Source of the DNA: Octopus sinensis
Taxonomy: Eukaryota
DNA: 64,000 nt
Reading direction: 5' to 3'
Assembly: GCF_006345805.1 (NCBI RefSeq)
Contig: NC_042999.1
Span: forward strand, 35,650,001 to 35,714,000
The notes beneath the pieces were generated by a model. It searched no databases. It was not told the origin of the DNA and saw only the letters and a program-made list of their open reading frames with translations. Shown piece after piece: positions 37,596 to 50,890 of this stretch. Position 1 is the first letter of the stretch, and each line of letters opens with the position of its first letter. Position numbers and translations under genes: made by a program.

Positions 37596-37829
37596 GCCCA
37601 GTTGATTAATCAGCCGAAATTGCGAGGATGATGCAGTTCTTGACTGAAGATAAAAGGCTTCGAATGACCCATCCTTGTTTTTTTGTATTGTCTATCTGGT
37701 TGTTTTGTTGTCCCTTTTTGTATCACATAGTTGTCCAGGTGTTTTGCATTCTTGTCCCATTTTGTATTTTATTTTATATATATATATAGCGGCATACGTA
37801 CACTTTGTTCTCTTATACACACACAAACA

Positions 37830-37911
37830 CATATATGTATATATGTATGTATGTTTATATGTATGTATTTATATATGTATGTATGTATATATATATATAT
37901 GTATATGTATG

Positions 37912-37942
<31 letters not shown>

Positions 37943-37956
37943 GTATATATATATGT

Positions 37957-38011
<55 letters not shown>

Positions 38012-38019
38012 TATGTATG

Positions 38020-38084
<65 letters not shown>

Positions 38085-38239
38085 GTATGTATATATATGT
38101 ATATATATATATGTATGTATATATATGTATATATATATATGTATATATATATATATGTATGTATGTATATATATATATATGTATATATATATATGTATGT
38201 ATGTATATATATATATGTATGTATGTATATATATATATG

Positions 38240-38270
<31 letters not shown>

Positions 38271-38781
38271 GTATATATTATATATATATGTTATATATAT
38301 ATATATGTATATATATATATGTATGTATGTATATATATATGTATATATATATATGATGTATGTATGTATATATATATATATGTATATATATATATGTATG
38401 TATATATATAATGTATGTATATATATATATGTATATATATGTATGTATGTATATGTATGTATGTATATATATGTATATATATATATGTATATATATGTAT
38501 GTATGTATATATATGTATATTTATATATATGTATGTATATATATATATGTATGTATGTATATATATATGTATGTATGTATGTATATATATATGTATGTAT
38601 GTATATATATATGTATGTATATATATATGTATGTATATATATATGTATGTATATATATATGTATGTATGTATGTATATATGTATATATATATGTATGTAT
38701 GTATGTATGTATATATGTATGTATGTATGTATATATATATGTATGTATGTATATATATATGTATGTATATATATATGTGTG

Positions 38782-38817
<36 letters not shown>

Positions 38818-38840
38818 TATATTGTATATATATATATATA
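37830..38840. repeat. Compound (TA)n/(TATG)n microsatellite
   Basis: Seen directly. Confidence 0.95.
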
Positions 38841-40810
38841 TGATGGGCATCTTGTAGTTTCCATCTACCAAATCCATTCGCAAGGCTTTGGTCAGCCCAG
38901 GGCTATAATACAAGACACTTGCCCCAAGTGCCAGGAGTGGGAATGAACCTGGAACCATATGATTTGGAAGCAAACTTTTTAACCATACAATCTTTCCTAC
39001 ACCATAAACTTCATTGTCATTATTGTTATGAGATGTAGCAGTTTTATGTTTTTTTAATTTTTGTTATGGCTTAGAGGAAGAGGTGTGGTATCCTTAACCA
39101 TTGACATGTCTGTGTTGATATCTTTAGTCAAAAGACCTGGTCTAATTAGTTGCAACGAAGTGGACTGGACTCTAATAAAGTTAGCCAAGGGACAAGTGGC
39201 AGTGTTAAACTGGGCAAGGAATTAGGTCTACCCCATTGAATAAGTACACTTCACTTGATGGCTTTCTATACATTTTCTGTCATTTTAATCTCAATGAATT
39301 CATACACTTCATTAGAAGTTGTGACTTTCACAATAACAAGTCTATTTTATGCCAGACTGTGTCAATAATGAGAAGACACACACACACTCAAGCATATGTA
39401 TACATACATATACTGTTAATGAGATTATCTCTTCAAAAATCAAAAAGTGGATAACCAAAGACAACAGCTTTGAAACCTCCAGCTTATCATCATCGTTTAA
39501 CATCCGTTTTCCATGCTAGCATGGGTTGGACGGTTCGACTGGGGTCTGGGAAGCCAGGAGGCTGCACCAGGCTCCAGTCTGATCTTGCAGTGTTTCTACA
39601 GCTGGATGCCCTTCCTAATGCCAACCACTTCGTGAGTGTAGTGGGTGCTTTTTACATGTCAGGGGAGGTTGGCAGCGGCCACGATTGGTTGGTGTCTTTT
39701 ACGTGCCACCGGCATCAGCCACGTTCAGATGGTGCTTTTTACGTGCCACCGGCACAGGTATCACAACTACAATTTCCATTTGATTTCTTTGATGTTGATG
39801 TACTTGACTCAATAGGTCTCTTCAAGCACAGCAGGTCGCCTTACGATCCAAGGTAAGCACAGCTGGCCGTCCTGTGATCTTATAAATTTACATTTATACC
39901 AATAATGATCGATGCTCTTAGTCTTATGAGTTAATGCTTAAGTGACAATCTGAATAAGCTGGAGTTTTCAGCAACAGAAATCAACCAGCTAATATGCTCA
40001 TTAAAAATATAATTTGTAGGTGGAATGATAAAATTATGCATGAGTTTTCTCAAGTTGAAAATGTGAATTTGTTTTTGCTATCTACATTTCTTCAATGGAA
40101 CTTAGAAACCAGCTCTTTTGTTACCGGTAGATTTCAAATCATTAAAAATAGAAGAGAACACACACGTACACACACACACGTACGCACGCGCACGAGTTTT
40201 CCATCTGCCAATTTCTGTATGTATATATAGTTAATCCATGCATACATATATATATACATATGCTGTAGAAACACTGCAAGATCAGACTGGAGCCTGGTGC
40301 AGCCTCCTGGCTGATTAATCCACTGCGAGGATGATCTGGTTCTTGACTGAGGATAAAAGGCTTCGAATGACCCATCCTTGTTCTTTTGTATCGTCTATCT
40401 GGATGTTTTGTTGTCCCTTTTTGTATCACCTAGTTGTCCAGATGTTTTGCGTTCTTGTCCAATTGGTCAGTCTGAACACCATACAGGAACAAACTCGAAA
40501 TGACATTATTGCTAAGCGATCTCCTTAACCAAACACTGTTGCCTGCTTACTATAATATTGTAGTCATGTTGGTATATATATACATGTTTTACTGGAGTTA
40601 AATGGAAGTCATTGTTTTTAGAGTAGGGTCAATCGAATGATGACAGTTTTTAGTTTATACTTCAACGTTAAAACACAACAGAGTTGTTCCCCTTGCCACT
40701 TAAATGACTATAAATGCTTCAGTTGTGAAGATTATATTTCTCATACATTTCGTTTTGGGATTTGGTTTGCAAGATTCTTTATGTGAGTTTGTGTGTTGAA
40801 GCATATTCTG

Positions 40811-40912
40811 TTGTGTCTGGGGAGAATCATTTTCTTGTTGTGCCTTATAATTTAATACACTCACCAGTAAAATTATAAGGCACAAAAAGAAAATGACTCT
40901 CCCCAGACACAA
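40811..40912. other. Long near-perfect hairpin (43-bp stem, 16-nt loop)
   Basis: Arms 40811-40853 and 40870-40912 have 2 mismatches. Confidence 0.85.
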
Positions 40913-41297
40913 TTTCTCATACTGTTTTCAAATTATTTTGTTCCGTGTTAGTTAAATTTCTTTCTTAGAAAAAGGAAATGCTTTGCTGAAGTCGTTAGAA
41001 CGTATGACTTTCCTGACATAAGGACTTACAATTGTGGAATTAAATTATAGCACCAACCGTTAGACATAAAAGACGGCAGCAAGCCGTTTATTTTATCAAT
41101 ATATAGGCGCAGGAGTGGCTGTGTGATAAGTTGCTTGCTAACAAACCACATGGTTCCGGGTTCAGTCCCACTGCGTGGCATCTTGGGCAAGTGTCTTCTG
41201 CTATAGCCTCGGGCCGACCAATGCCTTGTGAGTGGATTTGGTAGACGGAAACTGAAAGAAGCCTGTCGTATATATGTATATATATATATATATATAA

Positions 41298-41637
41298 AAT
41301 ATTATTAGAGACAAAACCACTATTTTGCAAAACAAACAAGGAAAGACTTAATCAATACATAAAATTTTAATAAATAGTAAAAAAAACCGCCACTACAATT
41401 GTTTCTTGTCTTGGTCGACAATCTTCAGGTGGACTTCCAATAAGTCAGTTTCAAATTATGAAAATTATGAAATTATGAAATTATTAAAATTTTATGTATT
41501 GATTAAGTCTTCCTTGTTTGTTTTGCAAATAGTGGTTTTGTCTCTAATAATATTTTATAATATTTTACTATAAAATTGGATTTAATCCTAAATCTGATTT
41601 TTTCCCTGTAAATTTGGATTTATTCCCTAATATTTAT

Positions 41638-41640
<3 letters not shown>
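41298..41640 (-). mobile_element. Non-coding PLE-derived/retrozyme-like insert with a 75-bp inverted repeat, inside a SINE microsatellite
   Basis: Arms 41298-41373 and 41481-41555 differ by one indel; flanked by (TA)n; splits the SINE at 41105-41905. Confidence 0.65.
41390..41432 (-). ncRNA. Minimal type I hammerhead ribozyme, intact core
   Basis: CCAC-CTGAAGA-TTGTC gaccaa GACAA-GAAA-C aatt G-TA-GTGG; all three stems can form; GUA cleavage triplet. Confidence 0.8.
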
Positions 41641-41688
<48 letters not shown>

Positions 41689-43656
41689 TGTGTGTATGTG
41701 TTTGTGTGTCTGTGTTTGTCCCCCTAGCATTGCTTGACAACCGATGCTGGTGTGTTATGTCCCCGTCACTTAGCGGTTCAGCAAAAGAGACCGATAGAAT
41801 AAGTACTGGGCTTACAAAGAATAAGTGCCGGGGTCGATTTGCTCGACTAAAGGCGGTGCTCCAGCATGGCCGCAGTCAAATAACTGAAACAAGTAAAAGA
41901 GTAAGCTGGTTGAATCGTTGAAGAATCAGAAAAAATGCCTTGTGGTATTTGTTCCAGTCCTTTGAGTTCTGAGTTCTGAGTTCAAGTCACAGCGTGATCA
42001 CCTTTGCATTTCATCCTGTCGGGGTTAATAAAAAAAAAGAAAAAAAAAAGTCAAATACTTCAAAATTTCTGGCCATGTGCCTAAATTAAAAACAGTCGTT
42101 ATTATGTTATTTTTTTAAAATTTTTTATCAATTTTCTTTGTATCAAATTTTTGCCAATATCTTTACAGTTTTCACTGAATCACTGCAAGTAACAAGGTTT
42201 CTAGTCGTTTGTCATTCGCTATATACTTCTTGAGATCACTTGTATACAGAACGAAGTTATTTGCCATTCCAATATCTGTATCCACTCTAATTTAGTATAG
42301 GTGTTAGCGTTACACACAAAATAAATAGAAAGAAAGTGTTCCCCTGGAGTATCCTTTCACAAATAGGAACCGATTTCGTGTTTGCAATTCCCTCTTTTAT
42401 TTATCTGTAAAATTATTTTCCATTAACTCTTGGCATTTTTGATGTTTATCTTTATTATTAGTAGTATCTGACGTATGGCTAATGATTCTGAAAAAAAAAT
42501 GTAGTCGATTCAGTCGATTATATTGATCTCAGAGAAATTATAGAATGTTTAGTGTAACATAATTATTTGCTAGTTTGTTTATTCAATTTAGTTTGGAGTT
42601 CTGAGCTTAATCTACACCTGAATTAGCCTTGTTAATTAGTACAACTAAATCGTTAAGACGAACTATCGTTAGAGTAGAATACATTTATTATTCTGCAGAA
42701 ATTCGTTTTAATTCAGGGAATATGTCATTTCAAGAAGTTTCACATCGCATATAATTCACCGACTGTTCCCTGTTTAATTATTTTTTGTTTTAAATTGTGG
42801 CCTTAAATCAGTTAATGTATTTTAGAAATATTACTTTTCAAGCTAGGAAATTGTTCGCTGAAATTTGTATCCGTAATCACTTTAAATAAGTAAAATAGTT
42901 ACTCATTGTTTCCGAGGTCGCGAATGGCGACGAAAGAACTGTGACGAACCTGATTGATTGGCTGTCAGACCAATTAATCAAACAATCGATTAATTAATTG
43001 GTTAAATGGTTTACTAGTTGATTAATAATCCTTTCTACAATAGGCGTAAGGCCTGAAAGTTTGAGCGAAGGAGCTAGTCAATTACATCGACGCCAGTACT
43101 CAAAAGAAGTGAACTAGAACTAGTGCGTATGTTTATTATTGGCATACTAACCCTCTCGAGATAAAACAAGATATGTTTCAACACACGTTTTAGTATCAAG
43201 AATCTTGCCATCCGAAGATAAAATCGAAATAATTTCTTTACTTTTCCGAACTTATTTTTGGTGCATTTGTGTGTTTAGTTTTTCATGTTTATCATTTTTG
43301 GTAAGCGATCCTCTATGTCAGCAGTTGCGAACCGAATTTACAGTCGGACGTATATAAGCTTTGAAATGAACCACTGCTGGCTACGATTGAGTTGTTTCCT
43401 GTAGAAAAACCAGTTTTCTTGAAGCAGTTGCAGAATTTGATGAGTTGCAATATACGATGTGGTTAAAGATGAACGATAAATATGTATTTATTGAACCTAC
43501 CGATCCAATAATGGAGACGTGCGGTTTGATAGGGTATTGGGATTCTAATGATCGTGGGTTCAATTCGCAGAGCAGATGGCGGGTTGTTGTGTGTTTGAGC
43601 AAGACGTAGTCTGGTACACTCTGTAACTCTGTACTTTGTCTCGTACTCTGTCAATT

Positions 43657-44039
43657 GTGGAGGCGCAATGGCCCAGTGGTTAGGGCAGCGGACTCGCGGT
43701 CATAGGATCGCGGTTTCGATTCCCAGACCGGTCGTTGTGAGTGTTTATTGAGCGAAAACACCTAAAGCTCCACGAGGCTCCGGCAGGGATGGTGGTGATC
43801 CCTGCTGTACTCTTTCACCACAACTTTCTCTCACTCTTACTTCCTGTTTCTGTTGTAGCTGTATTTCAAAGGGCCGGCCTTGTCACTCCCTGTGTCACGC
43901 TGAATATCCCCGAGAACTACGTTAAGGGTACACGTGTCTGTGGAGTGCTCAGCCACTTACACGTTAATTTCACGAGCCGGCTGTTCCGTTGATTCGGATC
44001 AACCGGAACCCTCGTCGTCGTAACCGACGGAATGCTTCC
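43657..44039 (+). mobile_element. Young tRNA-derived SINE family D
   Basis: A box TGGCCCAGTGG, B box GGTTTCGATTCC; 12-bp TSD ACTCTGTCAATT. Confidence 0.9.
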
Positions 44040-44784
44040 ACTCTGTCAATTAGTAAACGTTTTCTCGTTGAGGTTAACCTTCACCGTGTGAGCAATCCTA
44101 TTGATTTAACAAAATGGGAGAATGGAATTTGTGACGTTCATCGCTTTCCCAACACCATTAGTAAATGAAGTGAAGTAACTACAATGCAACGGGTAACTGA
44201 ATTCAAGTGGAAGATTTGGTTCAGAGGCAATTTTCCACCTACGTTGAGACCCTTAACATTCATTGGACTGAATAAATTCGTTTACAACTGTAAGTTAATA
44301 TCAGACGATACTAATAAAAGTAGCTAAATAATATAGGAAAGTAAATATTAATCAGGTCTGTGTCGTTAACCATCTGTTGATATGATAAGCCAGACAATAT
44401 GATAAAGGAGTTGCGATTTGTGTTATTAATCTCACTTAAAACAAGTTAGACAATTTTACTGTAGTACTTTTAAATGTAACCATGTTTCTTAGAGTTCTGA
44501 TGTTCAAGAGAGGCTGTTAAATAAATATGCTGTTTGAATAAGTTTATATTTCATAGCGGTGGTTACTAAGAGTAGCGTAGCTAGAAGAAGAAGAGATAGA
44601 AGGTCCACACTGAGTGACGTTTTTATGGGGGCGACAGTTTTGGGTGTCCTTTATAAGCCTGTTTGGGGCCCCCAAAAAGGTGGTAAACTTGAGGACTGTT
44701 CCTTGGTGGCAAACACTCTAGCTATACCACTGTGTATGCGTTTGCTGGTGTGGGTAAAAACAAAATTACTTTCACGAGTCATGT

Positions 44785-45012
44785 CGATGTATAAGGGCCG
44801 GTTTCCCGGTTTCCATGGCGTATAAAATTCCCTACCTGGACAGGACGCCGGTCTGTCACAGGATTACTCAATTTTGCCAGCTGAGTGGACTGGAGCAACG
44901 TGAAATGATGTGTTTTGCTCAAGAACACAACGCGTCGCGCGGTCCAGGAATCGAAACCCCAATCTTACGATCATGAGTCGAACACCTTAACCACTAAGCC
45001 ATGCGCCTCCAC
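44785..45012 (-). mobile_element. tRNA plus CORE-like SINE, 3' type 1
   Basis: Shares head and CORE-like block with 49710 and 62925; different 3' half. Confidence 0.7.
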
Positions 45013-46089
45013 TGTAGGTGTGGATGTATGTGTCTGTAAAGCATACACGTACACAAGCCTTATGTATCTGCATAAAATACCTAAAAATTTACTGGGGTAC
45101 ATCTACACTTTAGCAAGACATGTTCAGAATAATAGCTTGGTCTCTCAAATCACAAACCAGGAGCATAGGTAGGAGCAGCGAGGGACACGGTCCGCCCTGG
45201 GCGATGCTTTAATGGGGGTGGCACTTTTGCTGTATAAGCTCCTATTAGCTTATGCGTCATAGTGTGGGCAAACTGAAGGGCTATCTCGGGTGGTACATAG
45301 TCTAACTACGCCACAAGCTTTTACATACCAGGTTTTAAGGAGATAAGTACTGGGTATGATTTATTCATCTAAACCCTTCATGGCCGCTGTCAAATGATTG
45401 AAACAAGTAAAAAATAAAAGAATGTTTTGGTGAGAAAGTGAGAATTTACCACCCTAAAAAGAAGGACACATTACATAATGCTGTCCTAGACATTAAAAGA
45501 CCGAATGGGCTAGGGTGTTTTTCATCTTAGGTCTACTCGATCAGACTGACCAAGGGTTAAACAACAACAGCAGCAACATCAATCATAGCAGCAAATATAT
45601 GTCGGTCAAAATGAATTTAAAATGTTCAAACTTTGTATCTGTAAAAGGGATTTTAAAGTGGTGTAAGGAAAACCGCCAGCAGGATGAAATGAAGTGTCGA
45701 AGGTCATCGCATTTAGAATGAAATAAACATTTCCTCTCGAAACTTATTAAAAACATTTATAGTAATCTCATTTATCCTTCCATATGAATGAGAGTCCTTG
45801 CAGAGTGTCTACACAATATTGTTAAAAACTTCAGAATTGTGTCAAGGACAGAGTTGTAACACTAACCGCGTTTCATAGGCATTGCTGAAATGATAGCAAA
45901 CACACATTTGTCGTAATAACAACACAGTTTATAAGCAACACAACAGCCTATGTCATGGGTATGACTTTAAACCTCATCCAGTAGTAGGGCCCTGGTTCGG
46001 AAGTTCTAAGGTTTTGAAGAGAATAGAACCACCCCTTTGCCACTTTGTTCCCAGACCTATTCGGACTCGGAGTATGAGCATCTGTCCAG

Positions 46090-46640
46090 GGTTTCAGCTA
46101 TGTGTTAACTGGCAAATTAGTTGGACAGATGAAGAATGTTAGCTTGGGTGGAGGACAACATATCTAGAAGAAGGAAAACTCTGATTCCAAACCTCTGCTG
46201 CTTTGTGGTCATAAACATCTATGGGATAGGTTTCGGGAGTAAATCCTGAGGATAAATAGGAACTCGATGCTTCTTTAGCAGTTTGAACGGGGTTGTTTAC
46301 AACCTCGTTCTAGCAACTCCTGCAACGGCGCCGGTGCAAACTTGTAGCAGCCATGCCTATCTATTGGATCCATTCGTGACATGGACAGGGGAGACATGCT
46401 GCATGAGCAAGAACCTCTCCTGCATACCATACTGCCCAGGCTTGGATCCTATTGAACACACCGTATATTGGAGAGATAGAACCGATTACAACTCAGACAG
46501 CATCGGGAAGCCTACGAATGCCGATGGTGTGACAGAGACTGCTATTTGCGCATCGGACTGTTCAGCCACATACAATACTGTTTCAGTAGGGCGGACAGCT
46601 AGGATCTTCATCTATAGTTATTAATGACCCACAGAGGCCT
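46090..46640 (+). mobile_element. RTE-type LINE remnant (putative 5' region plus C-terminal zinc-finger end)
   Basis: YECRWCDRDCYLRIGLFSHIQYC resembles the RTE C-terminal CxxC...SRIGLxSH motif; the 5' part is a weaker assignment. Confidence 0.55.
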
Positions 46641-48291
46641 ACAAAATGTTAATATCCAGAGGAACTGAACTTATCATTGGATATGTTAACAACAGCGACA
46701 ACAATTATTGGGAGGATGATACAGAAGGCCAATGATTTGTTGGAGATGGGCATAGTTGATTAAATCTTTGTAGAATATTACTGGTATTTATAGAACCAAC
46801 GAAGGAATATGTATGTTACCATTCAGCCTGTTAGAAATATTAGTCAAATCTCCCTCAAATAATATTCTATAAAGTAAAGGACACATTAGATAAAGTTTTC
46901 CGACTCTAAGATGATGGAATGGTTACGGCTGGGATGCTTTTGGACTATGTTCTATTCCATCAGGGTTGACCTTAATCTAAATAGCAATAACAACAATTGA
47001 TATTTCGTTTGTTTTTAAAATTCTATCTGCTTCCAGAAATCTGTGAAGCAAACTCGACTGGTTAACAGAATCATAAGTGCGTCGGAAAAAATGTCTTAGT
47101 TACGGTCAGTTACGTTTTGAATGTGAGTCCTGCCGAAATCTACTTTGTCCGCCATCCCTCTGGACTCGATAAAATAAAGTATTAATGAAATACTGGGGGC
47201 GATTCATATGATTGATTTTGTGCCTCCATTAGAAATGAATATGATATACTGAATTTAGAGTAGGCAACGTTTTCATTGTGGAAGAGCGTGGCATTGTGGT
47301 TCTGGTGGTACATAGTCTAAGTACGCCACAAGCTTTTACGTACCTGGTTTTAAGGAGATAAGTGAAACAAGTAAAAAATATAGAAAAAAACAAATTTTTG
47401 TTTAAAGAATGTTTTGGCGGGAACGTAAGAATTCACCGCCCTAGAAAGAATCATTATGACGTGGGTTCAAATCTTGGAGATGCAATGGTGTTCTTGAGCA
47501 AGGCACTTCATTTCATGTTGCTTCAATCCATTCGGTTAAAGATGAGTACAAATAACAGTTAGGGGGAAATCTTCTATGGATGGGTGCTGAGCCCAAGAGT
47601 AGTCTTGTACTCTCAGTCGCTTAAATACCTCAAAAATCGAGGTCAGCTCTGGCTAAATAGCTCAACCATTTTTTAAAGCTATGGACTCCTTTAATAACTA
47701 TTTTATTCTGGTAGATCCCCATAGAAACTTCTTTCAAAATTCCTGTCTTGTTTTTGACACATTAACTTATATAGGTTGAACAAGGTAAAATGTCAAAGAA
47801 AACACCTAAACCTTTCTTGCAATACATACCAATACATACAAGACACAACTAAAGCAAAACTTACTTAGGGGCCTTTAAAATACTATTGTGGATCCCCAAT
47901 TTACTATTTTGTTGCGTGGACCCCCAAAATCTTATATGGACTCTCAGCAGCCATAAGAACCCCGGTTGAGAAATACTGGTCTAAAGGATCATGACACGCC
48001 GTTCACATCGAGTGCAAGACGTTGTCGATATTAAGAGCCCTGATAATTGTATTCATCGTTTTGATCCATAATTCTAATGTAGTTTTACTATTAGATATGA
48101 ACATTAGATATGTTAAATGTCTATTGTTGCATCATGAGAGGGCGCTGTGATCGTGTCTAATTGTTAGTTGGTAATTTAAGGTGATACAGAAGTAATTTGT
48201 CTAAAAGGTGTTGTGGCTATCATCAATTTGATGTTGCAGTTATTATTGTTGTTGTTATTAAGGCGGTGAGCTGGCAGAGTTGTTAGCATGC

Positions 48292-48684
48292 TCTCTTTTA
48301 CTCTTTTACTCTTTTACTTGTTTCAGTCATTTGACTGCGGCCATGCTGGAGCACCGCCTTTTAGTCGAGCAAATCGACCCCAGGACTTATTCTATCGGTC
48401 TCTTTTGCCGAACCGATAAGTTATGGGGACGTAAAGCACACCAGTATCGGTTGTCAAGCGATGTTAGGGGGGGGGGTCACACACAGACAGACAAACACAC
48501 GCACATATATATATATACATATATACGACGGGCTTCTTTCAGTTTCCGTCTACCAAATCCACTCACAAGACTTTGGTCGGCCCGAGGCTATAGTAGAAGA
48601 CACTTGCCCAAGGTGCCACGCAGTGGGACTGAACCCGGAACCATGTGGTTGGTAAGCAAGCTACTTACCACACAGCCACTCCTG
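48292..48684 (-). mobile_element. SINE family A nested in a family C SINE (48260-48800)
   Basis: The family C head is interrupted and resumes after 48684. Confidence 0.8.
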
Positions 48685-49176
48685 CTAGGCAAAATTCTTA
48701 GCGGCATTTCGTCCGTCCTTACGTTCTGAGTTCAAATTACGTCGAGATCGACTTTGCATTTCATCCTTTCGGGGTCGATGAAATAAGTATCAGTTACTCA
48801 CTGAAACCCCCTCCCCATAAAATTTCAGGCTTATAGTAGAAAAGATTATTATTGTTGTTGTTTGTATTATTGTTGTTTTTGCTTAGTTCACCTCTTCTAT
48901 TATTGCTTAATCTGAAAGAAGAATAGTATTTGTGATATTTCTAAAGACACCTTTAAAAACAAATTCATTTCAAAATAATCCACACCACCGTAAATACATC
49001 ATTCTTAACGCTTACCCGGTTTGGGAACGTGTCCTGGAATGCGTTTTGAGAAGTAATCTGCTGTTCTCGTTGTTGATTTTCTTCGATTTCTCGTATAGCC
49101 TGAAATCACGCAGGAGGCGACTAGGGAACAAGAGTTATCTCTTACTTATATAAAAAAAACAAACAAAAAAAAACAT

Positions 49177-49585
49177 AGGCGCAGGAGTGGCTGTGTGGCA
49201 AGTAGCTTGCTAAACAACCACATGGTTCCGGGTTCAGTCCCACTGCGTGGCATCTTGGGCAAGTGTCTTCTGCTATAGCCCCGGGCCGACCAATGCCTTG
49301 TGAGTGGATTTGGTAGACGGAAACTGAAAGAAGCCTGTCGTATATGTATATATATATGTATATGTATGTGTGTGTGTGTTTGTGTGTCTGTGTTTGTCCC
49401 CCTAGCATTGCTTAACAACCGATGCTGGTGTGTTTACGTCCCCGTTACTTAGCGGTTCGGCAAAAGAGACCGATAGAATAAGTACTGGGCTTACAAAGAA
49501 TAAGTTCTGGGGTCGATTTGCTCGACTAAAGGCGGTGCTCCAGCATGGCCGCAGTCAAATGACTGAAACAAGTAAAAGAATAAAA
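49177..49585 (+). mobile_element. SINE family A, full length
   Basis: Consensus match. Confidence 0.88.
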
Positions 49586-49707
49586 GAAAGAAAGAATAAA
49601 CATAAAAAAGACATTATGGATAAGAAGTGAAGCGTGAACTGGTGTGATATCATGGTGCAATATTCATCTTTTCTATGTCAATGACCAATAAATATACTGC
49701 TTCACGT

Positions 49708-50030
49708 GAGGGCGCGTGGCTTAGTGGTTAGGGCATTCGGCTCATGATCGTAAGGTTGTGAGTTCGATTCCCGGCGACGCGTTGTGTCCTTGAGCAAGAC
49801 ACTTTATTTCACGTTGCTCCAGTCCACTCAGCTGGCAAAAATGAGTTGTACTTGTACTTCAAAGGGCCAGCCTTGTCACTCTCTGTGTCACGCTGATTAT
49901 CCCCGAGAACTACGTTAAGGGTACACGTGTCTGTGGAATGCTCAGCCATTTGCACGTTAATTTCACGAGCAAGCTGTTCCGTTGATCGTATCAGCTGGGA
50001 CCCTCGTCGTCGTAACCGGCGGAGTCTTTT
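49708..50030 (+). mobile_element. tRNA plus CORE-like SINE with family D 3' half
   Basis: The 3' about 180 nt match 43860-44035. Confidence 0.75.
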
Positions 50031-50137
50031 AGATACTGCTTCACTCAAACGTCTCCAGATAGCCAAGTAAATTTTTTTTCTTAATCTCCTGAAGACGCAG
50101 AACAAACTCATAGTGAACGATGCCCTTTCAAAAGAGA

Positions 50138-50653
<516 letters not shown>

Positions 50654-50714
50654 ATCATATCTTCACATCTGAGCGACTGTAGCTTTATCTTTTTTTTTTC
50701 GCGGCAACGCTGAT

Positions 50715-50890
50715 CCAATCAACTGCTCCAACTGCCTTTTATTCTATCATCGCAGCCGTACATTCACATTTCGCCACGTACCATGACACTCTTGAAGAAA
50801 TTCTCATCAGCATTCGAACGTTCAAACAGCTCCACTCAATGTGACTCGGTTTTCTTTTTGTTCACTTTCCAGGAATCGGCACAAATTTAG
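50715..50890 (-). mobile_element. Degraded mariner transposase fragment
   Basis: KFVP...EQKENRVTLS.LFERSNADENFFKSVMVRGEM-stop-MYGCD, a decayed GDETW region. Confidence 0.6.

Larger units (their letters stand above)
35190..37600 (-). mobile_element. Penelope-like element (Neptune-like), 5'-truncated RT thumb plus GIY-YIG endonuclease, inverted terminal segments
   Basis: VDFLDVTL; YINTASCHHP...RISKLSS; PPFSLNMKT; Cys-rich linker CSC...CPIGGQC; GVIY and KYIG; WKII...PY...CKIC...CIH; many stops and frameshifts. Confidence 0.85.
41105..41905 (+). mobile_element. SINE family A split by the hammerhead-bearing insert
   Basis: 5' half 41105-41290 and 3' half 41685-41905. Confidence 0.85.

Noticed and set aside
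37598-37680. Possible further hammerhead (GTTGATTAATCAGCCGAAA; CTGAAGA...GAAT), also near 40310-40370
   Set aside because: I could not assemble core, stems and a cleavage triplet in a valid order; treated as an unclassified repeat.
43657-43735. tRNA-like sequence with A and B boxes
   Set aside because: It is a SINE head continuing into the SINE body with a TSD; not a tRNA gene. The same holds at 49708, 59310 and 63190.
44184-44289. ATG-to-GTAAGT segment (MQRVTEFKWKIWF...)
   Set aside because: A single isolated candidate with no downstream exon or homology; expected by chance.
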